DNA of 64,000 bases from Balanoglossus misakiensis (lineage: Eukaryota; Animalia; Hemichordata), in NCBI GenBank assembly GCA_040954595.2, contig CM082594.2, positions 4,077,319-4,141,318 of the forward strand, given 5' to 3'. Made by a program: the position numbers and the translations under genes. Shown piece by piece: positions 37,336-49,800 of this stretch. Below the pieces are notes generated by a model. That model saw only the letters and a list, made by a program, of their open reading frames with translations, was not told the DNA's origin and made no database searches. Position 1 is the first letter of the stretch. Each line of letters starts with the position of its first letter.

Positions 37336-40251
37336 ATGAGGAATCTGCGAGATTGTCTCGGCGGCGTCGTCGTCTTCTATCGGCTGTGCCTCATCATCTC
37401 GGCCGTGAGTTGGCGTTCGGAAGCCGCGGCGTGCAAGGTTCACAACGGCACCCAGGTCGACTGCAGGTGGCGCGGCCTCCGTACCGTGCCCGGGAATCTG
37501 CCGCCGTCGACGACGGTCTTGGATTTATCCTACAACACCATCGCCAGCTTCCCGGCGAGGTGCTTTGCGACTCTCCACAAACTGCAGCGACTGACGATGT
37601 TGAACCACGGCGACTGGACGATTGATTCCGACGCCTTTGCGGGGCTCCGTTCTCTGGTGAGCCTGGAGTTCACGGGCCAAGGCTTCATCACGTTTGGCGA
37701 GGGAACGTTTGCGCACTTGCCCCAACTACAAACACTCGTTCTGAAGAGGATAAACAACTTCCTATCGTTGCCCGCAGACCCACTTTCCAACCTCGGGGCT
37801 TTAACGAAACTGACCGTTTCAGGAAATTACGATATTGATTCCACCCCGCCCGCGCGGATGCCCTCGTCGTGGCTTCGAGGCTTGGTGAATTTAGAAGAAC
37901 TTCACGTCGACGTCCCAGACATTGCCAACTTTTCAAGTTCAACATTTCAAGATCAGGCGAAGCTCAAAGTCATTTCAATCCAAACGGCTTCATTCAGGTG
38001 CGTACCCATCGAACAATTCAAACCCTTGAAAAACATCGAAGTCATAAAACTGTCCGATATTGACGGGGTGACCGGCGAATGTAATGTTGTTTTTCCACAT
38101 TTTGCACAGCTCAAGGAGCTTTCACTGAATCCTTTTGCCGTGGTTGGACCGTCAGTACCGACCCTTGACTTGACAAACACGAGCTTGGATAAAGTTTTCA
38201 TGGTAGCGTATGGATATCACCAGATGTTTCCCCCAACTGAGACATTTCCGGTCACTATCAAATTGGGATCCGTCAGAAATTTCCATTTATATAGTACAGT
38301 TGACGCCAGGATGTTGGAGACGTTCCTGTACATCTTTAAGAAGTCAGGGCTGCAGATTCTCAAGTTAAATATCGAGGATCCATCCAGTAACGGTTACAAT
38401 TTGACAGAGACTTTATTCGAGGGACTTAATGGCACCAACTTAGAGGAATTGGATTTTTCCGAGAACGACGTCCAGTCCCTTTACCGGGGTGCGTTTCAAT
38501 GGCTGACGCGGTTACAAACATTACTTATGAGCTTCTGTAAGCTCGATTATCTCCCTGTTGGTTCGTTTGACGGCTTAAACAATCTGAGAACGCTGTCTCT
38601 AAGGGGTAATTATTTTCAAGATATGTGGAGATTGACTACACCGCTTTCAGTTCTAACTAAACTACAAAAGCTGGACCTCGGACGCAATCGTTTGACCGGG
38701 CAAATCCCAGCGAACGCTTTCGCAAGTCTACGTTCACTGAAAACTATCGACCTAAGCCAGAACAAACTCGTTTCCATTCACCCGAGAAGTTTTCATTTCG
38801 CTTCAGAATTGAGGGTGATAGGCTTGTCTGATAACGATTTGCAATTTTTGGCGAGCGGAACGTTCTCCAACCTGAAGAGTCTCCAAACCCTGCAATTGAT
38901 TGGCAACGAGGATCTCAAGCTGGGTGACGAAATGGACAAGTCGTACCACCCGTTTCGAAACTCGTCGAACCTCACAACACTAACGATCAATTTGAACCCC
39001 TTCCACATACTGAACATAAATCTAGAAGACATCCCATATTTGGAGAGTCTGTACATAACAGCTGGTTCCGTTTTCCCGGAAGTGTTCTTTCCAGGAAATC
39101 TTCGCTTACCGCACTTGAAAACACTGGTCATAGAAAATGTCAAGATCATAAGTCAGACAGAAAACGTCATACTCGGCACGACGTCGATAAATTTACAACC
39201 CCAACAGTTCCTCCAAATCCTCAGGTTGCCAAATAATAATTTCAACCGGCTCGATTTTAGTAGTTTGAACAAATTTATCAACCTGGAAGAATTATCTGTT
39301 GCTAATAACAAAATATCGGCCATTATAGGAACACCCACCGCCCTCACAAAATTGAGGATACTGGATTTGTCCGGAAATTCAATCACATACTTTAACCCGG
39401 AAATAATGAGAGCTTTGTCGAATTTACAAGCATTGAGCATTTACAATAATCCGTTTGATTGTTCTTGTAAACTGGAACCATTTCATGACTGGATGACGAC
39501 AGATACGCAAACGTCTATTTACTCCAATTATGATCAGTTTGAACGAAATATATGTTCGGCGCCCAAGGACAAAGAAGACATGGTTGTAGATGATATAGAA
39601 TTTGGTTGGGAGTGTAATATAGCGTTCATGGTGTCCCTACCGTTGGTGGGCGTTGTTGTTTTAATAGCACTCAGTATCACGGTGTGTAAAAAATTCCACT
39701 GGCACCTGCGGTACGGATATTTTCTCGTCAAACTCAAGCTCGGAGGCTATCAACTTCACGTTAACGATGCCGACGAACCGAGGGACAAAAAGTATGACGC
39801 GTTCGTCGTGTACAACGAACACGACAGGGAGTGGATCATGCAAGAATTGGTCCCCCACCTGGAGAACGCGGATCCCCCGAATTTCAAGCTCTGCATACAC
39901 GAACGCGACTTCGTGGGCGGCAATGACATCATTCAAAACATCCTGGACAGCATCGAGGAGAGCCACAAGACAGTCCTGGTTCTGTCGCCGCATTTCGCCG
40001 AAAGTGAGTGGTGTTACTTTGAAATGAGAATGGCACAGAGTTGTCTGTTTGAAGAGAGAAGGGATATTATAACTATGGTTCTGTTGGAAGAAATCCCGGA
40101 TAACACCATGCCTCGTATTTTACGCAACATTCTTCTGACAAAGCGTTATATTAAGTGGCCTGAGAACGAGTTGGGTAGAAGGCTGTTTTGGGAAAAGCTA
40201 AAACGTGCTTTGAGATCAGAGAGCAGGGTAAACAGAGTGGCCGATTTGTAA
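37336..40251 (+). CDS. Toll-like receptor, single-cysteine-cluster (vertebrate-type) architecture, intronless, 971 aa
   Basis: Signal peptide, LRR-NT (CKVHNGTQVDCRWRGLRTVP), many LxxLxLxxN repeats, LRR-CT (NPFDCSC...C...C), TM (IAFMVSLPLVGVVVLIALSITV), TIR with box1 YDAFVVY, box2 LCIHERDF, SEWCYFE and box3 FW. Confidence 0.96.
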   Translation: MRNLRDCLGGVVVFYRLCLIISAVSWRSEAAACKVHNGTQVDCRWRGLRTVPGNLPPSTTVLDLSYNTIASFPARCFATLHKLQRLTMLNHGDWTIDSDAFAGLRSLVSLEFTGQGFITFGEGTFAHLPQLQTLVLKRINNFLSLPADPLSNLGALTKLTVSGNYDIDSTPPARMPSSWLRGLVNLEELHVDVPDIANFSSSTFQDQAKLKVISIQTASFRCVPIEQFKPLKNIEVIKLSDIDGVTGECNVVFPHFAQLKELSLNPFAVVGPSVPTLDLTNTSLDKVFMVAYGYHQMFPPTETFPVTIKLGSVRNFHLYSTVDARMLETFLYIFKKSGLQILKLNIEDPSSNGYNLTETLFEGLNGTNLEELDFSENDVQSLYRGAFQWLTRLQTLLMSFCKLDYLPVGSFDGLNNLRTLSLRGNYFQDMWRLTTPLSVLTKLQKLDLGRNRLTGQIPANAFASLRSLKTIDLSQNKLVSIHPRSFHFASELRVIGLSDNDLQFLASGTFSNLKSLQTLQLIGNEDLKLGDEMDKSYHPFRNSSNLTTLTINLNPFHILNINLEDIPYLESLYITAGSVFPEVFFPGNLRLPHLKTLVIENVKIISQTENVILGTTSINLQPQQFLQILRLPNNNFNRLDFSSLNKFINLEELSVANNKISAIIGTPTALTKLRILDLSGNSITYFNPEIMRALSNLQALSIYNNPFDCSCKLEPFHDWMTTDTQTSIYSNYDQFERNICSAPKDKEDMVVDDIEFGWECNIAFMVSLPLVGVVVLIALSITVCKKFHWHLRYGYFLVKLKLGGYQLHVNDADEPRDKKYDAFVVYNEHDREWIMQELVPHLENADPPNFKLCIHERDFVGGNDIIQNILDSIEESHKTVLVLSPHFAESEWCYFEMRMAQSCLFEERRDIITMVLLEEIPDNTMPRILRNILLTKRYIKWPENELGRRLFWEKLKRALRSESRVNRVADL

Positions 40252-40579
40252 TTCCAATAATCCAATCAAGAGATACTGACTACAACAAATCATATTTTGA
40301 AAAAAGATCGCTTTAAGGACACAGTGGTCCCATTGAGGGATTACACAAGAAAAAGTCTACACCGGAGTACATGGCCATATACAGACAGACAGACAGACAC
40401 ACATAGCGAGAGATCAATGGGCAAACACTGACCCATAAGCTGCCAATGGCATATTTTCTGTACATATACTAAATAGAACAGCTGGCCTTTTTAAAGCTTG
40501 GCAAGTTATGTAATCATGCAGGAATTTGCTGTGTATATAAATATCACAGGATGGGGTTCCTGCCTAAGTAAAACAACTC

Positions 40580-40585
40580 AATAAA
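40580..40585 (+). promoter_or_regulatory. Candidate polyadenylation signal of the TLR gene
   Basis: AATAAA ~330 bp after the stop codon and before the satellite. Confidence 0.4.
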
Positions 40586-40855
40586 GTAAATACACACCAC
40601 TTTGTAAAGCAATCTGACCTGTAGTTCTTGAGTTACTGAGTTATGACCAAATTCACATTTTTCCAGCTAATTTGCTTATTTTTGGCAATGACAACTTCAT
40701 TTGAACAAACTCACATCTACAGCCTAGCCTGCATCAGCACACCAAATATCAAGGTGATACACGCAGCGGTTTTCAAGTTTTTGATGTGGACGGACATACT
40801 AGACATACATCAATCCATACATACATACAGACGCAACCGATCCCATAAAGTCCCA

Positions 40856-43800
40856 TGACAATTTTTCGACTTTCCGAAATATCAAAATTTCGTCATATTT
40901 TGACAAAAATCATGGGTTATAGCTCATGAAAATCATCCAAAAATGACAATTTTTCGACTTTCCGAAATATCAAAATTTCTTCATTTTTTGACAAAAATCA
41001 TGGGTTATAGCTCATGAAAATCATCCAAAAATGACAATTTTTCGACTTTCCGAAATATCAGATATTCGCCATTTTTTGACAAAAATCATTGGTTATAGCT
41101 CATGAAAATCATCCAAAAATGACAATTTTTCGACTTTCCGAAATATCAAAATTTCGTCATATTTTGATAAAAATCATGGGTTATAGCTCATGAAAATCAT
41201 CCAAAAATGACAATTTTTCGACTTCTCGAAATATCAAAATTTCGTCATATTTTGACAAAAATCATGGGTTATAGCTCATGAAAATCATCCAAAAATGACA
41301 ATTTTTCGACTTTCCGAAATATCAAAATTTCGTCATATTTTGACAAAAATCATGGGTTATAGCTCATGAAAATCATCCAAAAATGACAATTTTTCGACTT
41401 TCCGAAATATCCCAATTTCGTCATATTTTGACAAAAATCATGGGTTATAGCTCATGAAAGTCATCCAAAAATGACAATTTTTCGACTTTCCGAACTATCA
41501 CAATTTCGCCATTTTTTGACAAAAATCATGGGTTATAGCTCATGAAAATCATCCGAAAATGACAATTTTTCGACTTCCGAAATATCAAAATTTCGTAATT
41601 TTTTGACAAAAATCATGGGTTATAGCTCATGAAAATCATCCAAAAATGACAATTTTTCGACTTTCCGAAATATCAAAATTTCTTCATTTTTTGACAAAAA
41701 TCATGGGTTATAGCTAATGAAAATCATCCAAAAATGACAATTTTTCGACTTTCCGAAATATCAAAATTTCTCCATTTTTTGACAAAAATCATGGGTTATA
41801 GCTCATGAAAATCACCCAAAAATGACAATTTTTCGACTTTCCGAAATATCAAAATTTCTCCATTTTTTGACAAAAATCATGGGTTATAGCTCATGAAAAT
41901 CATCCAAAAATGACAATTTTTCGACTTTCCGAAATATCCAAATTTCTTCATATTTTGACAAAAATCATGGGTTATAGCTCATGAAAATCATCCAAAAATG
42001 ACAATTTTTCGACTTTCCCATTTTTTGACAAAAATCATGGGTTATAGCTCATGAAAATCATCCAAAAATGACAATTTTTCGACTTTCCGAAATATCAAAA
42101 TTTCTTCATTTTTTGACAAAAATCATGGGTTATAGCTCATGAAAATCATCCAAAAATAACAATTTTTCGACTTACCGAAATATCAAAATTTCTTCATTTT
42201 TTGACAAAAATCATGGGTTATAGCTCATGAAAATCATCCAAAAATGACAATTTTTAGACTTTCCGAAATATCCAAATTTCTTCATTTTTTGACAAAAATC
42301 ATGGGTTATAGCTCATGAAAATCATCCAAAAATGACAATTTTTCGACTTTCCGAAATATCAAAATTTCTTCATTTATTGACAAAAATCATGGGTTATAGC
42401 TCATGAAAATCATCCCAAAATGACAATTTTTTCGACTTTCCGAAATATCAAAATTTCGCCACTTTTTGACAAAAATCATGGGTTATAGCTCATGAAAATC
42501 ATCCGAAAATGACAATTTTTCGACTTTCCGAAATATCAAAATTTCTCCATTTTTTGACAAAAATCATGGGTTATAGCTCATGAAAATCATCCAAAAATGA
42601 CAATTTTTCGACTTTCCGAAATATCCAAATTTCGTCATTTTTTGACAAAAATCATGGGTTATAGCTAATGAAAATCATCCAAAAATGATAATTTTTTGAC
42701 TTTCCCGTTTTTTGACAAAAATCATGGGATATAGCTCATGAAAATCATCCAAAAATGACAATTTTTCGACTTTCCGAAATATCAAAATTTCTCCATTTTT
42801 TGACAAAAATCATGGGTTATAGCTCATGAAAATCATCCAAAAATGAAAATTTTTCGACTTTCCGAAATATCAAAATTTCGTCATTTTTTGACAAAAATCA
42901 TGGGTTATAGCTCATGAAAATCATCCAAAAATGAAAATTTTTCGACTTTCCGAAATATCAAAATTTCGTCATTTTTTGACAAAAATCATGGGTTATAGCT
43001 CATGAAAATCATCCAAAAATGACACTTTTTCGACTTTCCGAAATATCAAAATTTCGTCATATTTTGACAACAATCATGGGTTATAGCTCATGAAAATTAC
43101 CAAAAATGACAATTTTTAGACTTTCCGAAATATCAAAATTTCTTCATATTTTGACAAAAATCATGGGTTATAGCTCATGAAAATCATCCAAAAATGACAA
43201 TTTTTCAACTTTCCGAAATATCAAAATTTCGTCATATTTTGACAAAAATCATGGGTTATAGCTAATGAAAATCATCCAAAAATGATAATTTTTCGACTTT
43301 CCCATTTTTTGACAAAAATCATGGGATATAGCTCATGAAAATCATCCAAAAATGACAATTTTTCGACTTTCCGAAATATCAAAATTTCTCCATTTTTTGA
43401 CAAAAATCATGGGTTATAGCTCATGAAAACCATCCAAAAATGAAAATTTTTCGACTTTCCGAAATATCAAAATTTCGTCATTTTTTGACAAAAATCATGG
43501 GTTATAGCTCATGAAAATCATCCAAAAATGACAATTTTTCGACTTTCCGAAATATCCAAATTTCTTCATTTTTTGACAAAAATCATGGGTTATAGCTCAT
43601 GAAAATCATCCAAAAATGACAATTTTTCGACTTTCCGAAATATCAAAATTTCTCCATTTTTTGACAAAAATCATGGGTTATAGCTCATGAAAATTACCAA
43701 AAATGACAATTTTTAGACTTTCCGAAATATCAAAATTTCTTCATTTTTTGACAAAAATCATGGGTTATAGCTCATGAAAATCATCAAAAAATGACACTTT

Positions 43801-46800
43801 TTCGACTTTCCGAAATATCAAAATTTCGTCATATTTTGACTAAAATCATGGGTTATAGCTCATGAAATTCATCCAAAAATGACAATTTTTCGACTTTCCG
43901 AAATATCAAAATTTCGCCATTTTTTGACAAAAATCATGGGTTATAGCTCATGAAAATCATCCAAAAATGACAATTTTTCGACTTTCCGTAATATCAGATA
44001 TTCGCCATTTTTTGACAAAAATCATGGGTTATAGCTCATGAAAATCATCCAAAAATGACAATTTTTCGACTTTCCGAAATATCAAAATTTCTCCATTTTT
44101 TGACAAAAATCATGGGTTATAGCTCATGAAAATCATCCAAAAATGACAATTTTTCGACTTTCCGAAATATCAAAATTTCGTCATTTTTTGACAAAAATCA
44201 TTGGTTATAGCTCATGAAAATCATCCAAAAATGACAATTTTTCGACTTTCCGAAATATCAAAATTTCTCCATTTTTTGACAAAAATCATGGGTTATAGCT
44301 CATGAAAATCATCCAAAAATGACAATTTTTCGACTTTCCGAAATATCAAAATTTCTCCATTTTTTGACAAAAATCATGGGTTATAGCTCATGAAAATTAC
44401 CAAAAATGACAATTTTTAGACTTTCCGAAATATCAAAATTTCTTCATATTTTGACAAAAATCATGGGTTATAGCTCATGAAAATCATCCAAAAATGACAA
44501 TTTTTCAACTGTCCGAAATATCAAAATTTCGTCATATTTTGACAAAAATCATGGGTTATAGCTAATGAAAATCATCCAAAAATGATAATTTTTCGACTTT
44601 CCCATTTTTTGACAAAAATCATGGGATATAGCTCATGAAAATCATCCAAAAATGACAATTTTTCGACTTTCCGAAATATCAAAATTTCTCCATTTTTTGA
44701 CAAAAATCATGGGTTATATCTCATGAAAATCATCCAAAAATGAAAATTTTTCGACTTTCCGAAATATCAAAATTTCTCCATTTTTTGACAAAAGTCATGG
44801 GTTATAGCTCATGAAAATCATCCAAAAATGACAATTTTTCGACTTTCCGAAATATCAAAATTTCTTCATTTTTTGACAAAAATCATGGGTTATAGCTCAT
44901 GAAAATCATCCAAAAATGACAATTTTTCGACTTTCCGAAATATCAAAATTTCTCCATTTTTTGACAAAAATCATGGGTTATAGCTCATGAAAATCATCCA
45001 AAAATGACACTTTTTCGACTTTCCGAAATATCAAAATTTCGTCATATTTTGACAAAAATCATGGGTTATAGCTCATGAAAATCATCCAAAAATGACAATT
45101 TTTCGACTTTCCGAAATATCAAAATTTCGCCATTTTTTGACAAAAATCACGGCTTATAGCTCATGAAAATCATCCAAAAATGACAATTTTTCGACTTTCC
45201 GAAATATCAAAATTTCGTCATATTTTGACAAAAATCATGGGTTATAGCTCATGAAAATCATCCAAAAATGACAATTTTTCGACTTTCCGAAATATCAAAA
45301 TTTCTCCATTTTTTGACAAAAATCATGGGTTTTAGCTCATGAAAATCATCCAAAAATGACAATTTTTCGACTTTCCGAAATATCAAAATTTCTTCATTTA
45401 TTGACAAAAATCATGGGTTATAGCTCATGAAAATCATCCAAAAATGATAATTTTTCGACTTTCCGAAATATCAAAATTTCTCCATTTTTTGACAAAAATC
45501 ATGGGTTATAGCTCATGAAAATCATCCAAAAATGACAATTTTTCGACTTTCCGAAATATCAAAATTTCTCCATTTTTTGACAAAAATCATGGGTTATAGC
45601 TCATGAAAATCATCCAAAAATGACAATTTTTCGACTTTCCGAAATATCAAAATTTCTTCATTTATTGACAAAAATCATGGGTTATAGCTCATGAAAATCA
45701 TCCAAAAAAGACAATTTTTCGACTTTCCGAAATATCAAAATTTCGTCATTTTTTGACAAAAATCATGGGTTATAGCTCATGAAAATCATCCAAAAATGAC
45801 AATTTTTCGACTTTCCGAAATAACAAAATTTCTCCATTTTTTGACAAAAATCATGGGTTATAGCTCATGAAAATTATCCAAAAATGACAATTTTTCGACT
45901 TTCCGATATATCAAAATTTCTTCATTTATTGACAAAAATCATGGGTTATAGCTCATGAAAATCATCCAAAAATGACAATTTTTCGACTTTCCGAAATATC
46001 AAAATTTCGTCATTTTTTGACAAAAATCATGGGTTATAGCTCATGAAAATCATCCAAAAATGACATTTTTTCGACTTTCCGAAATATCAAAATTTCTCCA
46101 TTTTTTGACAAAAATCATGGGTTATAGCTCATGAAAATCATCCAAAAATGACAATTTTTCGACTTTCCGAAATATCAAAATTTCTTCATTTATTGACAAA
46201 AATCATGGGTTATAGCTCATGAAAATCATCCAAAAATGACAATTTTTCGACTTTCCGAAATATCAAAATTTCTTCATATTTTGACAAAAATCATGGGTTA
46301 TAGCTCATGAAAATCATCCAAAAATGACAATTTTTCAACTTTCCGAAATATCAAAATTTCGTCATATTTTGACAAAAATCATGGGTTATAGCTCATGAAA
46401 ATCATCCAAAAATGATAATTTTTCGACTTTCCCATTTTTTGACAAAAATCATGGGATATAGCTCATGAAAATCATCCAAAAATGACAATTTTTCGACTTT
46501 CCGAAATATCAAAATTTCTCCATTTTTTGACAAAAATCATGGGTTATAGCTCATGAAAATCATCCAAAAATGACAATTTTTCGACTTTCCGAAATATCAA
46601 AATTTCTCCATTTTTTGACAACAGTCATGGGTTATAGCTCATGAAAATCATCCAAAAATGACAATTTTTCGACTTTCCGAAATATCAAAATTTCTTCATT
46701 TTTTGACAAAAATCATGGGTTATAGCTCATGAAAATCATCCAAAAATGACAATTTTTCGACTTTCCGAAATATCAAAATTTCTTCATTTTTTGACAAAAA

Positions 46801-49800
46801 TCATGGGTTATAGCTCATGAAAATCATCAAAAAATGACACTTTTTCGACTTTCCGAAATATCAAAATTTCGTCATATTTTGACAAAAATCATGGGTTATA
46901 GCTCATGAAAATTACCAAAAATGACAATTTTTAGACTTTCCGAAATATCAAAATTTCTTCATATTTTGACAAAAATCATGGGTTATAGCTCATGAAAATC
47001 ATCCAAAAATGACAATTTTTCAACTTTCCGAAATATCAAAATTTCGTCATATTTTGACAAAAATCATGGGTTATAGCTAATGAAAATCATCCAAAAATGA
47101 TAATTTTTCGACTTTCCCATTTTTTGACAAAAATCATGGGATATAGCTCATGAAAATCATCCAAAAATGACAATTTTTCGACTTTCCGAAATATCAAAAT
47201 TTCTCCATTTTTTGACAAAAATCATGGGTTATAGCTCATGAAAATCATCCAAAAATGAAAATTTTTCGACTTTCCGAAATATCAAAATTTCGTCTTTTTT
47301 TGACAAAAATCATGGGTTATAGCTCATGAAAATCATCCAAAAATGACAATTTTTCGACTTTCCGAAATATCCAAATTTCTTCATTTTTTGACAAAAATCA
47401 TGGGTTATAGCTCATGAAAATCATCCAAAAATGACAATTTTTCGACTTTCCGAAATATCAAAATTTCTCCATTTTTTGACAAAAATCATGGGTTATAGCT
47501 CATGAAAATTACCAAAAATGACAATTTTTAGACTTTCCGAAATATCAAAATTTCTTCATTTTTTGACAAAAATCATGGGTTATAGCTCATGAAAATCATC
47601 AAAAAATGACACTTTTTCGACTTTCCGAAATATCAAAATTTCGTCATATTTTGACTAAAATCATGGGTTATAGCACATGAAATTCATCCAAAAATGACAA
47701 TTTTTCAACTTTCCGAAATATCAAAATTTCGTCATATTTTGACAAAAATCATGGGTTATAGCTCATGAAAATCATCCAAAAATGATAATTTTTCGACTTT
47801 CCCATTTTTTGACAAAAATCATGGGATATAGCTCATGAAAATCATCCAAAAATGACAATTTTTCGACTTTCCGAAATATCAAAATTTCTCCATTTTTTGA
47901 CAAAAATCATGGGTTATAGCTCATGAAAATCATCCAAAAATGACAATTTTTCGACTTTCCGAAATATCAAAATTTCTCCATTTTTTGACAACAGTCATGG
48001 GTTATAGCTCATGAAAATCATCCAAAAATGACAATTTTTCGACTTTCCGAAATATCAAAATTTCTTCATTTTTTGACAAAAATCATGGGTTATAGCTCAT
48101 GAAAATCATCCAAAAATGACAATTTTTCGACTTTCCGAAATATCAAAATTTCTTCATTTTTTGACAAAAATCATGGGTTATAGCTCATGAAAATCATCAA
48201 AAAATGACACTTTTTCGACTTTCCGAAATATCAAAATTTCGTCATATTTTGACAAAAATCATGGGTTATAGCTCATGAAAATTACCAAAAATGACAATTT
48301 TTAGACTTTCCGAAATATCAAAATTTCTTCATATTTTGACAAAAATCATGGGTTATAGCTCATGAAAATCATCCAAAAATGACAATTTTTCAACTTTCCG
48401 AAATATCAAAATTTCGTCATATTTTGACAAAAATCATGGGTTATAGCTAATGAAAATCATCCAAAAATGATAATTTTTCGACTTTCCCATTTTTTGACAA
48501 AAATCATGGGATATAGCTCATGAAAATCATCCAAAAATGACAATTTTTCGACTTTCCGAAATATCAAAATTTCTCCATTTTTTGACAAAAATCATGGGTT
48601 ATAGCTCATGAAAATCATCCAAAAATGAAAATTTTTCGACTTTCCGAAATATCAAAATTTCGTCATTTTTTGACAAAAATCATGGGTTATAGCTCATGAA
48701 AATCATCCAAAAATGACAATTTTTCGACTTTCCGAAATATCCAAATTTCTTCATTTTTTGACAAAAATCATGGGTTATAGCTCATGAAAATCATCCAAAA
48801 ATGACAATTTTTCGACTTTCCGAAATATCAAAATTTCTCCATTTTTTGACAAAAATCATGGGTTATAGCTCATGAAAATTACCAAAAATGACAATTTTTA
48901 GACTTTCCGAAATATCAAAATTTCTTCATTTTTTGAGAAAAATCATGGGTTATAGCTCATGAAAATCATCAAAAAATGACACTTTTTCGACTTTCCGAAA
49001 TATCAAAATTTCGTCATATTTTGACTAAAATCATGGGTTATAGCTCATGAAATTCATCCAAAAATGACAATTTTTCGACTTTCCAAAATATCAAAATTTC
49101 GCCATTTTTTGACAAAAATCATGGGTTATAGCTCATGAAAATCATCCAAAAATGACAATTTTTCGACTTTCCGTAATATCAGATATTCGCCATTTTTTGA
49201 CAAAAATCATGGGTTATAGCTCATGAAAATCATCCAAAAATGACAATTTTTCGACTTTCCGAAATATCAAAATTTCTCCATTTTTTGACAAAAATCATGG
49301 GTTATAGCTCATGAAAATCATCCAAAAATGACAATTTTTCGACTTTCCGAAATATCAAAATTTCGTCATTTTTTGACAAAAATCATTGGTTATAGCTCAT
49401 GAAAATCATCCAAAAATGACAATTTTTCGACTTTCCGAAATATCAAAATTTCTCCATTTTTTGACAAAAATCATGGGTTATAGCTCATGAAAATCATCCA
49501 AAAATGACAATTTTTCGACTTTCCGAAATATCAAAATTTCTCCATTTTTTGACAAAAATCATGGGTTATAGCTCATGAAAATTACCAAAAATGACAATTT
49601 TTAGACTTTCCGAAATATCAAAATTTCTTCATATTTTGACAAAAATCATGGGTTATAGCTCATGAAAATCATCCAAAAATGACAATTTTTCAACTTTCCG
49701 AAATATCAAAATTTCGTCATATTTTGACAAAAATCATGGGTTATAGCTAATGAAAATCATCCAAAAATGATAATTTTTCGACTTTCCCATTTTTTGACAA

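Noticed and set aside
37353-40027. Alternative-frame and antisense ORFs inside the TLR
   Set aside because: Expected by-products of a long coding sequence.
40910-40925. GGGTTA telomeric hexamer in each satellite monomer
   Set aside because: A single 6-mer per 88 bp is not evidence of telomeric origin.
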